64,000 nucleotides of DNA from Thermoplasma sp. (GCF_008709555.1 NZ_VYIJ01000007.1:411-64410), one strand, 5' to 3'. Shown: positions 28,673 through 38,557, counted from the first letter of the stretch. The notes: generated by a model not told the origin, from the sequence alone. Program-made: numbers and translations.

Positions 28673-30025
28673 TCAATAGAGCTTCCTTGCCGCAGAGTCT
28701 ATGCCTTCGAATGTCATTGGATGCTGGTGGGCCATTTCTGCGAGGTCCCTGAGACTTAGACCTCTTGAAACTGCAAGTGCAATCTCGTTTATGACGTTTC
28801 CAGCGTCATTTCCAATAACGTAGCCGCCTATAACCTTCATCCTGCTGTCTGTGAATATCCTGATCTCTCCATACATTTCATTGTTTATCTGCGCCATGGA
28901 ATCCGTCTCTATCTGGTAATCTGTCTCCACATAATCGATGCCCATCTTTCTGGCCTGAGATGGCATTATGCCCACATAGGCCATCTGTGGTATGGTGTAT
29001 ACAGTGAACGGTACGGACAGGGGATCGAAATAGTCTGTTGGAACGTTGTTTGCCATGATGTTGTTCGCAGCAACGATTGACTGCCTCTTTGCCGCATGGA
29101 ACAGCGGCGTTATACCATTGACATCCCCCGTAGCGTAAATGTTCTTTATATTTGTCTGCATGGCCATGTTCACCTTTATTCCATGGCGGTCATGTTCTAT
29201 GCCCAGTTCGTCGACACCATCCGGAAATACAGGGATTCTTCCTACAGCCATTAGCACTGCCTCTACGTCTATCGATTCTGTATTGCTGTCCGCTCCGAAA
29301 TTCACCCTGTACATACTTCCGTTCTTCTCTATAGATTTAACTGGCGATGATGTCTTTATCTCTATCTTAGGCAGCAGCGGAAGAAGCTTATCAACCATGG
29401 ACTTCTCCATGGTGCTCAGTACCCTGTCCAGCATCTCTATGACGGTGACCTTGACTCCCAGTATTGACATGAACGATGCTGTTTCCATGCCTATGTATCC
29501 ACCGCCTATTATCGCCATGCTCTTTGGGAGCTTTCTTACCCTCGCATTCAGCGCATAGAGATCGGCACTTGTCCATGCCAGATTTGATCCTGGTATCTTC
29601 GGCACGAATGTATCTGATCCTGATGCTATTATTATTGAGGAGGCCCTGTATCTTGACGTACCGGTATCTGACGAAACTTCAACCATGTTCTCGTCTATCA
29701 GCCTAGCGGTACCCTTGATTATCTTCAAACCGGCCTCCTTCAACTCCTCGTCATGCTGATCATACCGTATCTTCTGCACGCTGTCCTTGTGATCGACGAT
29801 CTTCCCGTAGTCTATGGAAAAATCCCCGAAATGCCTCATCTTCGCAAGAGTATGAACGGTCTCGATCACCGCCTTCGATGGAACACAGCCTTCAGCTAAG
29901 CAGTTTCCAGACATCACACCCTTCTTATCGATCATGAGAACGCTGTAACCTGACTTTTTGAGCCTGAATGCTGCAGGATAGGCAGCGCCCCCTGCACCTA
30001 TGGTGATGACGTCATATTCTTCCAT
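28673..30025 (-). CDS. class I pyridine nucleotide-disulfide oxidoreductase (dihydrolipoyl dehydrogenase-like)
   Basis: FAD motif GAGGAAYPAA, redox-active CLAEGCVPSK, NAD motif GGGYIG, and ATGDV. Start at ATG-30025 (MEEYDVITIG) lies ~25 nt after the TATA-like gaaatttatcc. Confidence 0.85.
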   Translation of the reverse strand: MEEYDVITIGAGGAAYPAAFRLKKSGYSVLMIDKKGVMSGNCLAEGCVPSKAVIETVHTLAKMRHFGDFSIDYGKIVDHKDSVQKIRYDQHDEELKEAGLKIIKGTARLIDENMVEVSSDTGTSRYRASSIIIASGSDTFVPKIPGSNLAWTSADLYALNARVRKLPKSMAIIGGGYIGMETASFMSILGVKVTVIEMLDRVLSTMEKSMVDKLLPLLPKIEIKTSSPVKSIEKNGSMYRVNFGADSNTESIDVEAVLMAVGRIPVFPDGVDELGIEHDRHGIKVNMAMQTNIKNIYATGDVNGITPLFHAAKRQSIVAANNIMANNVPTDYFDPLSVPFTVYTIPQMAYVGIMPSQARKMGIDYVETDYQIETDSMAQINNEMYGEIRIFTDSRMKVIGGYVIGNDAGNVINEIALAVSRGLSLRDLAEMAHQHPMTFEGIDSAARKLY

Positions 30026-30156
30026 AATGGTACATTGCAACGTGGGATAAATTTCTTTTTTGTGATATACTATCATGGATATGACGAATATTGTGCAAAG
30101 GCATGAAAGATCCTTCAGGAAAATAATTTTATCCAGATTAACAATGCACCGCCATC

Positions 30157-30993
30157 ATGAAAGTATCCGATATAATGACGCCAGATCCCATAACCTACCA
30201 TGTCCCGAGCTCCATAAACGAGGTCATAAAGGTTCTCATAAAATACAATGTGACCGGTGTTCCAATAACCGATCAGTCCGGTCATTACGCCGGCTTTGTA
30301 AGCAGGAGGGATGTATTTGCCAATCCAAGGGAAACCCAGACGGCCATGGTGATGAGGAGATCGAAGGCCGTATACGAAGACGACGACGTCAGGACAGCTG
30401 CCCTTGAAATGCTTGCACAGAAGAAGAGGCACCTGACAGTAATAGACAGAGAGGGGCATGTGAAAGGCATACTGACACCACAGAACTTCATGAAGACGAT
30501 AAAGGACAATTACGGAAATGTAAAGGTGAAGGAGGTAATGAAGGAAACCAGCGTCCCCATATGGTATAAGACACCTTTACCAGCTATACTCACGGTCATG
30601 AACGTATCTGGCATATTCTCATTCCCTGTTATAGACGATAATGGGTCATTCGTTGGATTGCTTGTCGATAGGGACATATTCGACAGAATAGATCTCAAAT
30701 TTGACTCGATACTCAGCGAGATGGGGATCGCGGACGATGAGGATCCATGGTCATGGACAGGACTGCGCAATGTCTTCAAGTACGTCGTAGAACGCGCTGA
30801 TATAAAGCTTCCAAAGATCTCCGCTGATGAGATCATGGTGAAGAACCCAACGGTTGTCTACGCGAATGACAGGCTTTCTACAGCAGCTGACCTCATGATC
30901 AAGTACAACTACAACCAGCTTCCTGTTCTCGATGATTCCCACGGCATATACGGTATGCTCTACGATATAGAGATGCTGGGTGTGTTTCAATGA
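30157..30993 (+). CDS. CBS domain-containing protein (four CBS repeats)
   Basis: Repeated (V/I)xD(I/V)M..P..V patterns. The stop overlaps the glyS start (ATGA). Confidence 0.85.
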   Translation: MKVSDIMTPDPITYHVPSSINEVIKVLIKYNVTGVPITDQSGHYAGFVSRRDVFANPRETQTAMVMRRSKAVYEDDDVRTAALEMLAQKKRHLTVIDREGHVKGILTPQNFMKTIKDNYGNVKVKEVMKETSVPIWYKTPLPAILTVMNVSGIFSFPVIDDNGSFVGLLVDRDIFDRIDLKFDSILSEMGIADDEDPWSWTGLRNVFKYVVERADIKLPKISADEIMVKNPTVVYANDRLSTAADLMIKYNYNQLPVLDDSHGIYGMLYDIEMLGVFQ

Positions 30994-32420
30994 GCTTCGA
31001 GGATGTTATCGAGCTGGCGAAAAGGAGAGGCTTCTTCTGGCCATCATACATGATATACGGCGGTGAATCTGGCTTCTACGATTATGGCCCCCTTGGTACC
31101 CTGCTGAAGGACAACATAATAGGCCTATGGAAGAGGGAATATGCACGTGAAGGCGCCATTTTCCTTGATACTCCTGTCATCTCTCCGGCTGACGTGTTCA
31201 GGGCCTCAGGGCATCTAGAAAAATTCTCCGACATAGCAGTGAAATGCACCAAATGCGGTACGCCCTATAAATTCGAGAGCCTTATCAAAGGTCTAGGGAT
31301 AAATGAGATAGCGAAGACTGTTGATGAGGCCTCTGCAATACTTGAAAAATATGATGTCAAATGCCCGAAGTGCGGGGAGAAGCTGAGGAACCCATACGAT
31401 TTCAACCTCATGTTCCGTGTCGGATCAAATGACCTTTATCTCCGCCCGGAGACTGCGCAGGGCATATTCATCAATTTCAAGAACGTCTACAACTACGCCA
31501 GAAACTCGATGCCGATAATCGTGTGCCAGGTTGGCAAGGGCTTCAGAAATGAGATATCTCCAAGGCAGGCCCTCATAAGGATGAGGGAATTCTCTCAGGC
31601 AGAGGTCGAGGTCTTCTATCTGGAAAACGAGGATTTCCCGATTCCAGATTCGCATATGGAACTGAATTTGCTGAGGAACACTGGCGAACTCCTGAGGATA
31701 AGGGTAAGCGACGCATTGAAATCAGGCGTTGTCGGAAACAGGGTCATGGCTTATTTCCTCAACAAGACATACGATATACTGCTGAAGCTGGGGTTCCAGC
31801 CAGACCGCATAAGGGCTAGGGAGCACGACCCTGGGGAAAGGGCACATTATTCATCTGAGACATGGGATTTCGAATACCTGCTCGATGAGGACTGGATCGA
31901 GATCGTCGGTGTGTCGGATCGCGGCACCTATGATCTGGGAAGGCATCAGCAGTTCTCCGGCGAGAACTTCCAGATAGATGGCAGGACGCCTAGGGTTATC
32001 GAACCTTCCTACGGCGTTGACCGCCTGCTGCTTACGATCATGGACTCATCTTACTACAGGAGGGATAACGGCTACAAGGTACTTCGCCTGGACCCGCACA
32101 TAGCTCCTTTACATCTTGCGGTATTCCCTCTGCAGAAGAGGGATGATCTGGACAGGATTGCAAGGGATCTGTTCGAAAGAATCAGATCAGTGGACCCGTT
32201 CATATTCTACGATGACAGCGGGAACATAGGTAGAAGATACGCAAGGCAGGATGAGATCGGTACGCCATACTGCGTGACCGTGGATTACCAGACAAAGGAT
32301 GATGAAACTGTTACGATCAGGGAAAGGGACAGCACAAGACAGGTAAGGATCAGCACAGGCGACCTCCTCGAGAGGATAAGATCGTTTCCTGATTCAATCT
32401 CTGGCCTATTTTCCAGCTGA
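30990..32420 (+). CDS. glyS: glycine--tRNA ligase (archaeal/eukaryotic alpha2 type)
   Basis: RGFFWPSYMIYGG, LRPETAQGIF, and a class II core with a C-terminal anticodon-binding region (GRRYARQDEIGTPYCVTVD). Confidence 0.95.
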   Translation: MSFEDVIELAKRRGFFWPSYMIYGGESGFYDYGPLGTLLKDNIIGLWKREYAREGAIFLDTPVISPADVFRASGHLEKFSDIAVKCTKCGTPYKFESLIKGLGINEIAKTVDEASAILEKYDVKCPKCGEKLRNPYDFNLMFRVGSNDLYLRPETAQGIFINFKNVYNYARNSMPIIVCQVGKGFRNEISPRQALIRMREFSQAEVEVFYLENEDFPIPDSHMELNLLRNTGELLRIRVSDALKSGVVGNRVMAYFLNKTYDILLKLGFQPDRIRAREHDPGERAHYSSETWDFEYLLDEDWIEIVGVSDRGTYDLGRHQQFSGENFQIDGRTPRVIEPSYGVDRLLLTIMDSSYYRRDNGYKVLRLDPHIAPLHLAVFPLQKRDDLDRIARDLFERIRSVDPFIFYDDSGNIGRRYARQDEIGTPYCVTVDYQTKDDETVTIRERDSTRQVRISTGDLLERIRSFPDSISGLFSS

Positions 32421-32551
32421 CCTTACACACCCTTGTTCTTCATTTTCTTCCCATTATCCGCAAGTTCATCATCATCCAGCGGGTGCGCACAAACGGATTC
32501 ATTTTTCCTCGGTATGCAGAAAATTAATAGCTCGATGCAAATATTCATGGG

Positions 32552-33400
32552 ATGTTTGAAAGGGATCTCCTGAAGGGGAAGGTTGCATTGATCACCGGCG
32601 GCGGCACCGGCATAGGATTCAATATAGGAAAGAGATACGGGGAACTGGGTGCATCCATAGCCATATGTGGGCGCAGGGAAAACGTCCTCGCTGAAGCTGT
32701 GTCAAGATTCAGTGAGGCCGGCATAACGGCCGATTATCACAGATGCGACGTGAGGGATCCTGCCCAGGTTTCCGAGACCATCGATCACTTCTTGGATAAG
32801 TTTGGCGGGATAGACATCCTTGTCAACAACGCTGCAGGCAATTTTGTCTCTCCAACGGAGAGGCTGTCGCCCCATGCATTTGACGCTGTTCTGGGCATAG
32901 TGCTTCATGGAACTATATATATGACGCTTGATCTGGGAAAGAAATGGATCAAGACCGGTAGGCATGGCGTTGTCCTGGACATAGTCACGACCTACGCATG
33001 GACAGGATCCGGATACGTGGTTCCGTCTGCCGCAGCTAAGGCCGGAGTTCTTGCCCTCGTCCGATCGCTGGCTGTTGAATGGGCAAAGTACGGTATCAGG
33101 CATGTTGCCATTGCACCCGGCCCGTTTCCCACCGAGGCAACGCGGAAGAATCTTTTCCCAATACCCCAGATAGAGGAGCGCATTGTTCAGAGAGTGCCGC
33201 TGAAAAGGCCTGGCAGGATGGACGAGATAGCAGACCTTGCAGCCTACCTTGTTTCAGATCAGGCTGAATACATGAATGGATCCGTGGTTACAATCGATGG
33301 TGGCGAATGGCTGAAGGGGGCCGGGCAGTTCAACCATCTGGAGGATCTCACCGAAGAACAGTGGAAAATTATATATGAAACATCAAGAAAAAAGGACTGA
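32552..33400 (+). CDS. SDR family oxidoreductase, 2,4-dienoyl-CoA reductase-like
   Basis: TGGGTGIG cofactor motif, NNAAGNF, and PSAAAKAG (SDR active-site region of the DECR type). Confidence 0.8.
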   Translation: MFERDLLKGKVALITGGGTGIGFNIGKRYGELGASIAICGRRENVLAEAVSRFSEAGITADYHRCDVRDPAQVSETIDHFLDKFGGIDILVNNAAGNFVSPTERLSPHAFDAVLGIVLHGTIYMTLDLGKKWIKTGRHGVVLDIVTTYAWTGSGYVVPSAAAKAGVLALVRSLAVEWAKYGIRHVAIAPGPFPTEATRKNLFPIPQIEERIVQRVPLKRPGRMDEIADLAAYLVSDQAEYMNGSVVTIDGGEWLKGAGQFNHLEDLTEEQWKIIYETSRKKD

Positions 33401-33401
33401 A

Positions 33402-34607
33402 TCAGAGGCCGGAGAACCTGACAACGGCCTCCTTCAATCTTTCATCTGATCCTTCAACAACGTGTTCAGTGAAGCCCTCCACTATCATGTTCCTGGCCGT
33501 TTCTTCACCTATGCCCCTGGATCTGAGGTAGAAGAGCGATTGATCATCGATGTTGCTTATCGCTGACGCGTGCTTCGATCTCACATCGTTGTTGTTTATC
33601 AGCAGCGCAGGTTTTGTGTTTGCGAACGCCTCCCTTGAGAGCAGCAGTATCCTCGTGTCGTAATAGCCCTCGGCGTGCCTGGCCTGCTCGCGTATATCTA
33701 TGTTTCCGCGCTGCATCGTCAGGCTCTTATCCCGCACTATTCCCCTTATGTATATGTCTGCAACCGTGTGCGTTCCAATCTGAATTGTATTATCCCTAAG
33801 ATCCATCTGCTGAAGCGATCTGGTGAAGCTGACGCCTCTCACCTGGTAGTTGGTGTTGTTTCCCTGCTGATATGATTCCGTAACTATAATGGATCTGTCA
33901 TAGCCATTCTCAGCGTGATAGATCCTGGCCGAAGAATAGTCATCCATGAATGTTCTTATGAATTGAAGGCCAACAACTGTTTTGGGCCTATCCTGAACCT
34001 GATTGTACTCAACTGCAGCATTCTTTCCAAGGAATATATATGTGTTGTCTCCTTGGTATCCGTTTCCATTGCCGCTGCCGGAGATCCTCCTGAAAAGCTT
34101 CAGCTTGGATCCCTCGTCCACAATGATCATGTTCTTGGCTGCGAATGAAGAGGCTGAAGAGGCATAGTCTTCGATGTCTATTGAAGCCGATATGCCCTTT
34201 GGTACGTAGATGAAGATCCCGTCATGGAAGCCAGCGTTTATGAGGAATTCGTACCTGTCGTATACGTACTCTCTTCCTGCGAAATCGTAAACTATGGAGG
34301 AATGTTTCTCCTCCGCATCCCGCATAGATGAAACTATCAGGCCCTTCGCATTGTAAACATGGACATGGCCATTCACGATGGCCACGTCCTCTTCCGATCT
34401 CCTGTACTCGCCTTCATCATCTTCTGGCCGGCCAAGAACCATCTTCTCTACGAATTCGTCCGTGAACTCCACATACCTCATCCTGGTCGGGCTTTCCTTC
34501 CAGACCTGAGGTGGTGTCTTCATGAACTGGATGAAGTTCTCCTGCCTGTATTCATGAAGCCGGTCGTATCCACGTTCATTTATCATGTCGCGTATCTGTT
34601 CGATCAT
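33402..34607 (-). CDS. sufD: Fe-S cluster assembly protein SufD
   Basis: Follows sufB with a 4-nt overlap. The C-terminal region DDQSLFYLRSRGIGEETARNMIV is the conserved SufB/D motif. Confidence 0.85.
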   Translation of the reverse strand: MIEQIRDMINERGYDRLHEYRQENFIQFMKTPPQVWKESPTRMRYVEFTDEFVEKMVLGRPEDDEGEYRRSEEDVAIVNGHVHVYNAKGLIVSSMRDAEEKHSSIVYDFAGREYVYDRYEFLINAGFHDGIFIYVPKGISASIDIEDYASSASSFAAKNMIIVDEGSKLKLFRRISGSGNGNGYQGDNTYIFLGKNAAVEYNQVQDRPKTVVGLQFIRTFMDDYSSARIYHAENGYDRSIIVTESYQQGNNTNYQVRGVSFTRSLQQMDLRDNTIQIGTHTVADIYIRGIVRDKSLTMQRGNIDIREQARHAEGYYDTRILLLSREAFANTKPALLINNNDVRSKHASAISNIDDQSLFYLRSRGIGEETARNMIVEGFTEHVVEGSDERLKEAVVRFSGL

Positions 34608-36049
34608 CCCACAGCACCCATCTTGCTCATTTCAAGCTTGACCAGCCTGTTCATCTCAACGGCGAACTCCATTGGGATCTCCTTCATGACGTCATCCAGG
34701 AAACCCAGCACTATCAGTGAGCTTGCCTCGTCCTCTGACAGTCCCCTGGACCTCAGGTATGTGAGCTCCTCGGTACCGATCTTGCCGACCGTCGCTTCGT
34801 GCGTGAAGTTGGCGGTGGGTTCGTATATCTCATCATGCGGCATTGTGTACGATACGGATTCGTCGTTGATGAGTAGGGCATCGCACTGCACATGGCTCTT
34901 TGCATTTACAGCGTCCTTGTTTATCCTCACAAGGCCGCGGTATATCGACTTGCCATCGCCCAGAGAAACGCTCTTCGCAATGATCTTTGAGCTTGTGTTT
35001 GGCGCCATGTGTATTGCCTTTGCCCCAGTATCCTTAACCGTACCGGACTCCGCCAGTGCGATGTTGAGGTTTGAGGTTGTCGCGTTCCTGCCCCTAAGGT
35101 AGGACGATGGATATATCATGGTGATCTTCGATCCAAGGGAACCGCCGACCCACTCCATGTTGCCGTTTTCCTCAACCCATGCACGCTTTGTCGGCATGTT
35201 ATATACACTCTTGGACCAGTTCTGGACGCTCGTGTACCTACCATGAGCGTTCTTCATGACGTAGTACTCAACTATGGCCGCATGCAGCGAGTCCTTGGAA
35301 TAAACTGGAGCAGTGCAGCCTTCAAGATAGTGTACACTTGATCCTTCGTCCGCAACGACTATCGTGTGCTCGAACTGGCCAGTGGCCTCCCCATTTATTC
35401 TGAAGTAGGTCTGAAGAGGCATATCAACATGCACTCCCCTCGGAACATACAGGAATGCACCTCCGCTCCATACCGCCACGTTCAGGGCAGCGAATTTGTT
35501 ATCGCTTGGAGGTACCGCCTTGGCGAAGTATTCCTTCACCAGATCCGGATACCTCTTGAGCGCAGAGTCCAGATCCATGAATACAACGCCTTTGTCTTCC
35601 CATTCCTTCTTCAGGCTGTTGTATATTCCTTCACTGTCGTACTGCGCTATGGATCCGGCCAGGTACTTTCTCTCCATCTCTGGCACGCCAAGCTTCTCGA
35701 ACGTGTCCTTTATCTCCTTGGGGACCTCGTCCCAGTTGGTCGCCTTTACCTCGTCTGGGCTGCTGTAATACGTCATGTTCTCCCAGTCTATCCCGGACAG
35801 ATCCGGGCCCCATGTGGGCACGGGCTTGGACATGAATATCTCATAGGCATGCAGCCTTATGCGCCTCATCCAGTCAGGTTCCTTCTTTATCTCAGATATT
35901 TCCTCCACGACCTGCCTGCTCAGTCCCTTCCCCGTAGAGTAAACGGGGTTTATGTTATCGTGGAAGCCGTAATCCAGAGCACCGTTTGACTTAAGATCGT
36001 TTATAAGTCGATCTATCTCCTCATCCTTATTAACATACGTTGATTCCAT
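34604..36049 (-). CDS. sufB: Fe-S cluster assembly protein SufB
   Basis: Conserved blocks HTIVVADEGSSVHYLEGCTAP and EELTYLRSRGLSEDEASSLIVLGF. 481 aa. Confidence 0.95.
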   Translation of the reverse strand: MESTYVNKDEEIDRLINDLKSNGALDYGFHDNINPVYSTGKGLSRQVVEEISEIKKEPDWMRRIRLHAYEIFMSKPVPTWGPDLSGIDWENMTYYSSPDEVKATNWDEVPKEIKDTFEKLGVPEMERKYLAGSIAQYDSEGIYNSLKKEWEDKGVVFMDLDSALKRYPDLVKEYFAKAVPPSDNKFAALNVAVWSGGAFLYVPRGVHVDMPLQTYFRINGEATGQFEHTIVVADEGSSVHYLEGCTAPVYSKDSLHAAIVEYYVMKNAHGRYTSVQNWSKSVYNMPTKRAWVEENGNMEWVGGSLGSKITMIYPSSYLRGRNATTSNLNIALAESGTVKDTGAKAIHMAPNTSSKIIAKSVSLGDGKSIYRGLVRINKDAVNAKSHVQCDALLINDESVSYTMPHDEIYEPTANFTHEATVGKIGTEELTYLRSRGLSEDEASSLIVLGFLDDVMKEIPMEFAVEMNRLVKLEMSKMGAVG

Positions 36050-36790
36050 TTATGCCACCTCCTTCAACCAATCATAACCATTCTCCTCAATCTTATCTGA
36101 AAGCGATTTGTCTCCGTTCATCGCTATGGTACCGTTTACGAGGACGTGAACGAACTGCGGTTCGATATCCTTCAGTATCCTCTGATAATGCGTTATTATG
36201 AGGTAGCCGACATCCCTGCTGAAATACCTCTTAAGCTGCTCGGCCACCATCCTCAGTGCATCCACGTCCAGGCCGGAATCTATCTCGTCCAGAACGATCA
36301 TCTTGGGCTTCAGTATGAGCATCTGCAGTATCTCGAACCTCTTCCTCTCTCCGCCGGAGAACCCGTCGTTGACGGATCTTGATATGAAGCTCTCATCAAG
36401 CCCTACGGTCTTCATGGCCTCCTTTATCCTCTTGTTGAACTCAGAAATCACTATCTTTTCATCCGGATGCAGATGGCTGTACGCTATCCTCAGGAATGTG
36501 GATATTCTGACCCCCTCAACGGCCACTGGGCTCTGGAATGCCAGGAACAGCCCAGCCCTGGCCCTTTCCTCGGGCGTTGCGTATGTTATATCCTTGCCAT
36601 CAAGTATTATCTGGCCACCGGTTATCTTGTAATCTGGATGCCCTATGAGCACGTTGCCCAGCGTGCTTTTGCCGGCCCCGTTTGGACCCATCAGGGCGTG
36701 TATTTCGCCACCACCTATCTTCAGGTTGACATCCTTCAGTATCTGTTTATCCTCAACTGATGCAGAGAGGTTTCTGATCTCGAGTATCAT
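36050..36790 (-). CDS. sufC: Fe-S cluster assembly ATPase SufC
   Basis: Walker A GPNGAGKST, signature FSGGERKR, Walker B VLDEIDSGLD, and H-loop ITHY. Confidence 0.95.
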   Translation of the reverse strand: MILEIRNLSASVEDKQILKDVNLKIGGGEIHALMGPNGAGKSTLGNVLIGHPDYKITGGQIILDGKDITYATPEERARAGLFLAFQSPVAVEGVRISTFLRIAYSHLHPDEKIVISEFNKRIKEAMKTVGLDESFISRSVNDGFSGGERKRFEILQMLILKPKMIVLDEIDSGLDVDALRMVAEQLKRYFSRDVGYLIITHYQRILKDIEPQFVHVLVNGTIAMNGDKSLSDKIEENGYDWLKEVA

Positions 36791-36821
36791 AAGCTATCAA
36801 GGGAATATACGTTAATACTAT

Positions 36822-36843
36822 TTAAACACTTTTTTGTGTCTAA
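36822..36843. promoter_or_regulatory. imperfect inverted repeat (candidate operator) overlapping the sufCBD TATA box
   Basis: TTAAACAC-TTTTTT-GTGTCTAA (7 of 8 positions complementary) lies in the 93-nt divergent intergenic region. The TATA-like tttaaa for sufC is at ~36818-36826, and aaatttaaataac for the regulator at ~36851-36863. Confidence 0.4.
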
Positions 36844-36883
36844 ATTGACTAAATTTAAATAACCATTACGCATTACATATCAT

Positions 36884-37531
36884 ATGATATATGACGACAT
36901 CCTGGGAGCAACGAAGACGACGATACTGGAGAGCCTCAACGTCCAGGACAGGAGCGTCGATGACCTCTCAAACCTTCTCGGGATAAACAAGACTGCCGTC
37001 AAAGAGCATCTGGAGTATCTCGAGATGCGTGGTTATGTTTCCTCTTACTTTCAGAGCGGAGGTGCCGGCAGGCCAAAGAAATATTACAGACTTACAGATA
37101 AGGGGATTTCGCTCTTTCCTAAGAAGTACATAGATTTCGCCAAACTCCTTCTGGAAGAGGCGGAGAAGGTCATGGGCACTGAGAGGATGAATGCTATACT
37201 TGAGAGGATAGCATCCAGGATGATATCCGATACAGGATGGCTCGCCGAAGATCTGCGTTACAAGCCTAGAGAGGAGAAGATAAAGAAGATTCAGGAATAC
37301 GTTTCAATGCTGAACATTCTCGGTTACAACGCAACGCTTGACATTTACAGCGACAGGGTGATCATATCCAGGCACAACTGCATATTCTACGATCTAGCGA
37401 AGACAAACAACAGGATAATATGCAATTCTCTTGGAAAGGATCTCATAGTGCAGTCGCTGAACGCAGATTTCGAAATAACCGAGAAGATCAGCAATGGATC
37501 GAGCAAGTGTGTTATTGAGGTTAAACTGTGA
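36884..37531 (+). CDS. winged-helix (ArsR/SufR-like) transcriptional regulator with C-terminal Cys-containing domain
   Basis: N-terminal wHTH region ILESLNVQDRSVDDLSNLLGINKTAVKEHLEYLEMRGYV..GRPKKYY. The C-terminal domain carries three Cys (C-x13-C, then a third about 30 residues later). Divergent from sufCBD. Confidence 0.7.
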   Translation: MIYDDILGATKTTILESLNVQDRSVDDLSNLLGINKTAVKEHLEYLEMRGYVSSYFQSGGAGRPKKYYRLTDKGISLFPKKYIDFAKLLLEEAEKVMGTERMNAILERIASRMISDTGWLAEDLRYKPREEKIKKIQEYVSMLNILGYNATLDIYSDRVIISRHNCIFYDLAKTNNRIICNSLGKDLIVQSLNADFEITEKISNGSSKCVIEVKL

Positions 37532-37543
37532 GGTGTTTGTGGA

Positions 37544-37846
37544 ATGGTGACAAAGGAAGAGGTACTGGAAGCCCTGAAGGCCGTGGCCGATCCAGAGATA
37601 GGCTATGACGTCGTAAATCTTGGTCTGGTGTACGACATTCAGATAAACGGCAACAGGGTGTATATAAAGATGACGATGACGGCACCGACCTGCCCTGTGA
37701 CTCCGTGGATACTGAGCGAGGCGCAGCAAGTTGTGGAGGAACTTCCCGGCGTTGAGGCATGCGATATAGAGCTTGTGTGGGACCCGCCATGGAACCCAAA
37801 GATGATGAGCGATGAGGCAAAACAGGCCCTGAATATTGATTACTGA
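37544..37846 (+). CDS. DUF59 / SufT-like Fe-S assembly protein
   Basis: VADPEIGYDVVNLGLVYD and the conserved MTMTAPTCP motif. 100 aa. Confidence 0.85.
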   Translation: MVTKEEVLEALKAVADPEIGYDVVNLGLVYDIQINGNRVYIKMTMTAPTCPVTPWILSEAQQVVEELPGVEACDIELVWDPPWNPKMMSDEAKQALNIDY

Positions 37847-37871
37847 TCGAATTATCGAAGGCAATCATATC

Positions 37872-37890
37872 TTTAAATACTATTTAAATA
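37872..37890 (+). promoter_or_regulatory. two tandem TATA boxes upstream of tbp
   Basis: TTTAAATA occurs at 37872-37879 and again at 37883-37890, 11 nt apart. The ATG is at 37909. Confidence 0.55.
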
Positions 37891-37908
37891 TAAACCATCT
37901 GATAACTT

Positions 37909-38463
37909 ATGAGTGAGAGAGAAAAGATCACCATAGAGAATATAGTAGCATCAACATCACTTGCGGAGCATCTGGATCTTAGCAGGATCGCGCTCGCCCT
38001 CGATGGATCTGAATACGAACCGGAGCAGTTCCCCGGCTTGATATACAGGCTTCAGGAACCGAAAACAGCTGTGCTTATCTTCAGGAGCGGTAAGGTAAAC
38101 TGCACGGGAGCGAAGAACATAGAGGACGTGAAGAGAACAATAAGGATCATAATCGACAAGCTCAAGGCAGCCGATATCGAAGTATATGATGATCCAGAAA
38201 TAATAGTGCAGAACATTGTGGCTGTTTATGACCTTGAATCGGAGCTGAACCTCACCGACATCGCCATGTCGCTTGGCCTTGAGAACGTGGAGTATGAACC
38301 AGAGCAGTTCCCAGGACTTGTTTACAGGGTGGAAGAGCCGAGGGTTGTTCTCCTTCTGTTTGGTTCCGGTAAGGTTGTGTGCACCGGTGCGAAGGAGGAG
38401 AGCGAGATAGAACAGGCCGTCATAAAGGTAAAAAAGGAGTTGCAGAAGGTCGGCCTGATATAG
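37909..38463 (+). CDS. tbp: TATA-box binding protein
   Basis: Two internal repeats each contain NIVA, YEPEQFPGL(I/V)YR and F.SGK..CTGAK. 184 aa. Confidence 0.95.
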   Translation: MSEREKITIENIVASTSLAEHLDLSRIALALDGSEYEPEQFPGLIYRLQEPKTAVLIFRSGKVNCTGAKNIEDVKRTIRIIIDKLKAADIEVYDDPEIIVQNIVAVYDLESELNLTDIAMSLGLENVEYEPEQFPGLVYRVEEPRVVLLLFGSGKVVCTGAKEESEIEQAVIKVKKELQKVGLI

Positions 38464-38485
38464 TTTTAGTAAAGGTCATTTCGAA

Positions 38486-38516
38486 ACAGATCGCGATGGC
38501 GATCTGTAACTAAAAA
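38486..38516. terminator. perfect 9-bp hairpin plus A6/T6 tract between convergent tbp and Fe-S oxidoreductase genes
   Basis: ACAGATCGC-gatg-GCGATCTGT (38486-38507) is followed by AAAAAA (38511-38516), which reads as a T6 run on the minus strand downstream of the 38558-40576 gene. Confidence 0.4.
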
Positions 38517-38557
38517 ATGTATACAGAATCTGTTCCCTATTAGTATAAAATGCAATT

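Noticed and set aside
34359-35102. 247-aa ORF (and 35366-35989, 207 aa) antisense to sufD/sufB
   Set aside because: These are shadow frames of highly conserved Suf genes, with no motifs and implausible composition.
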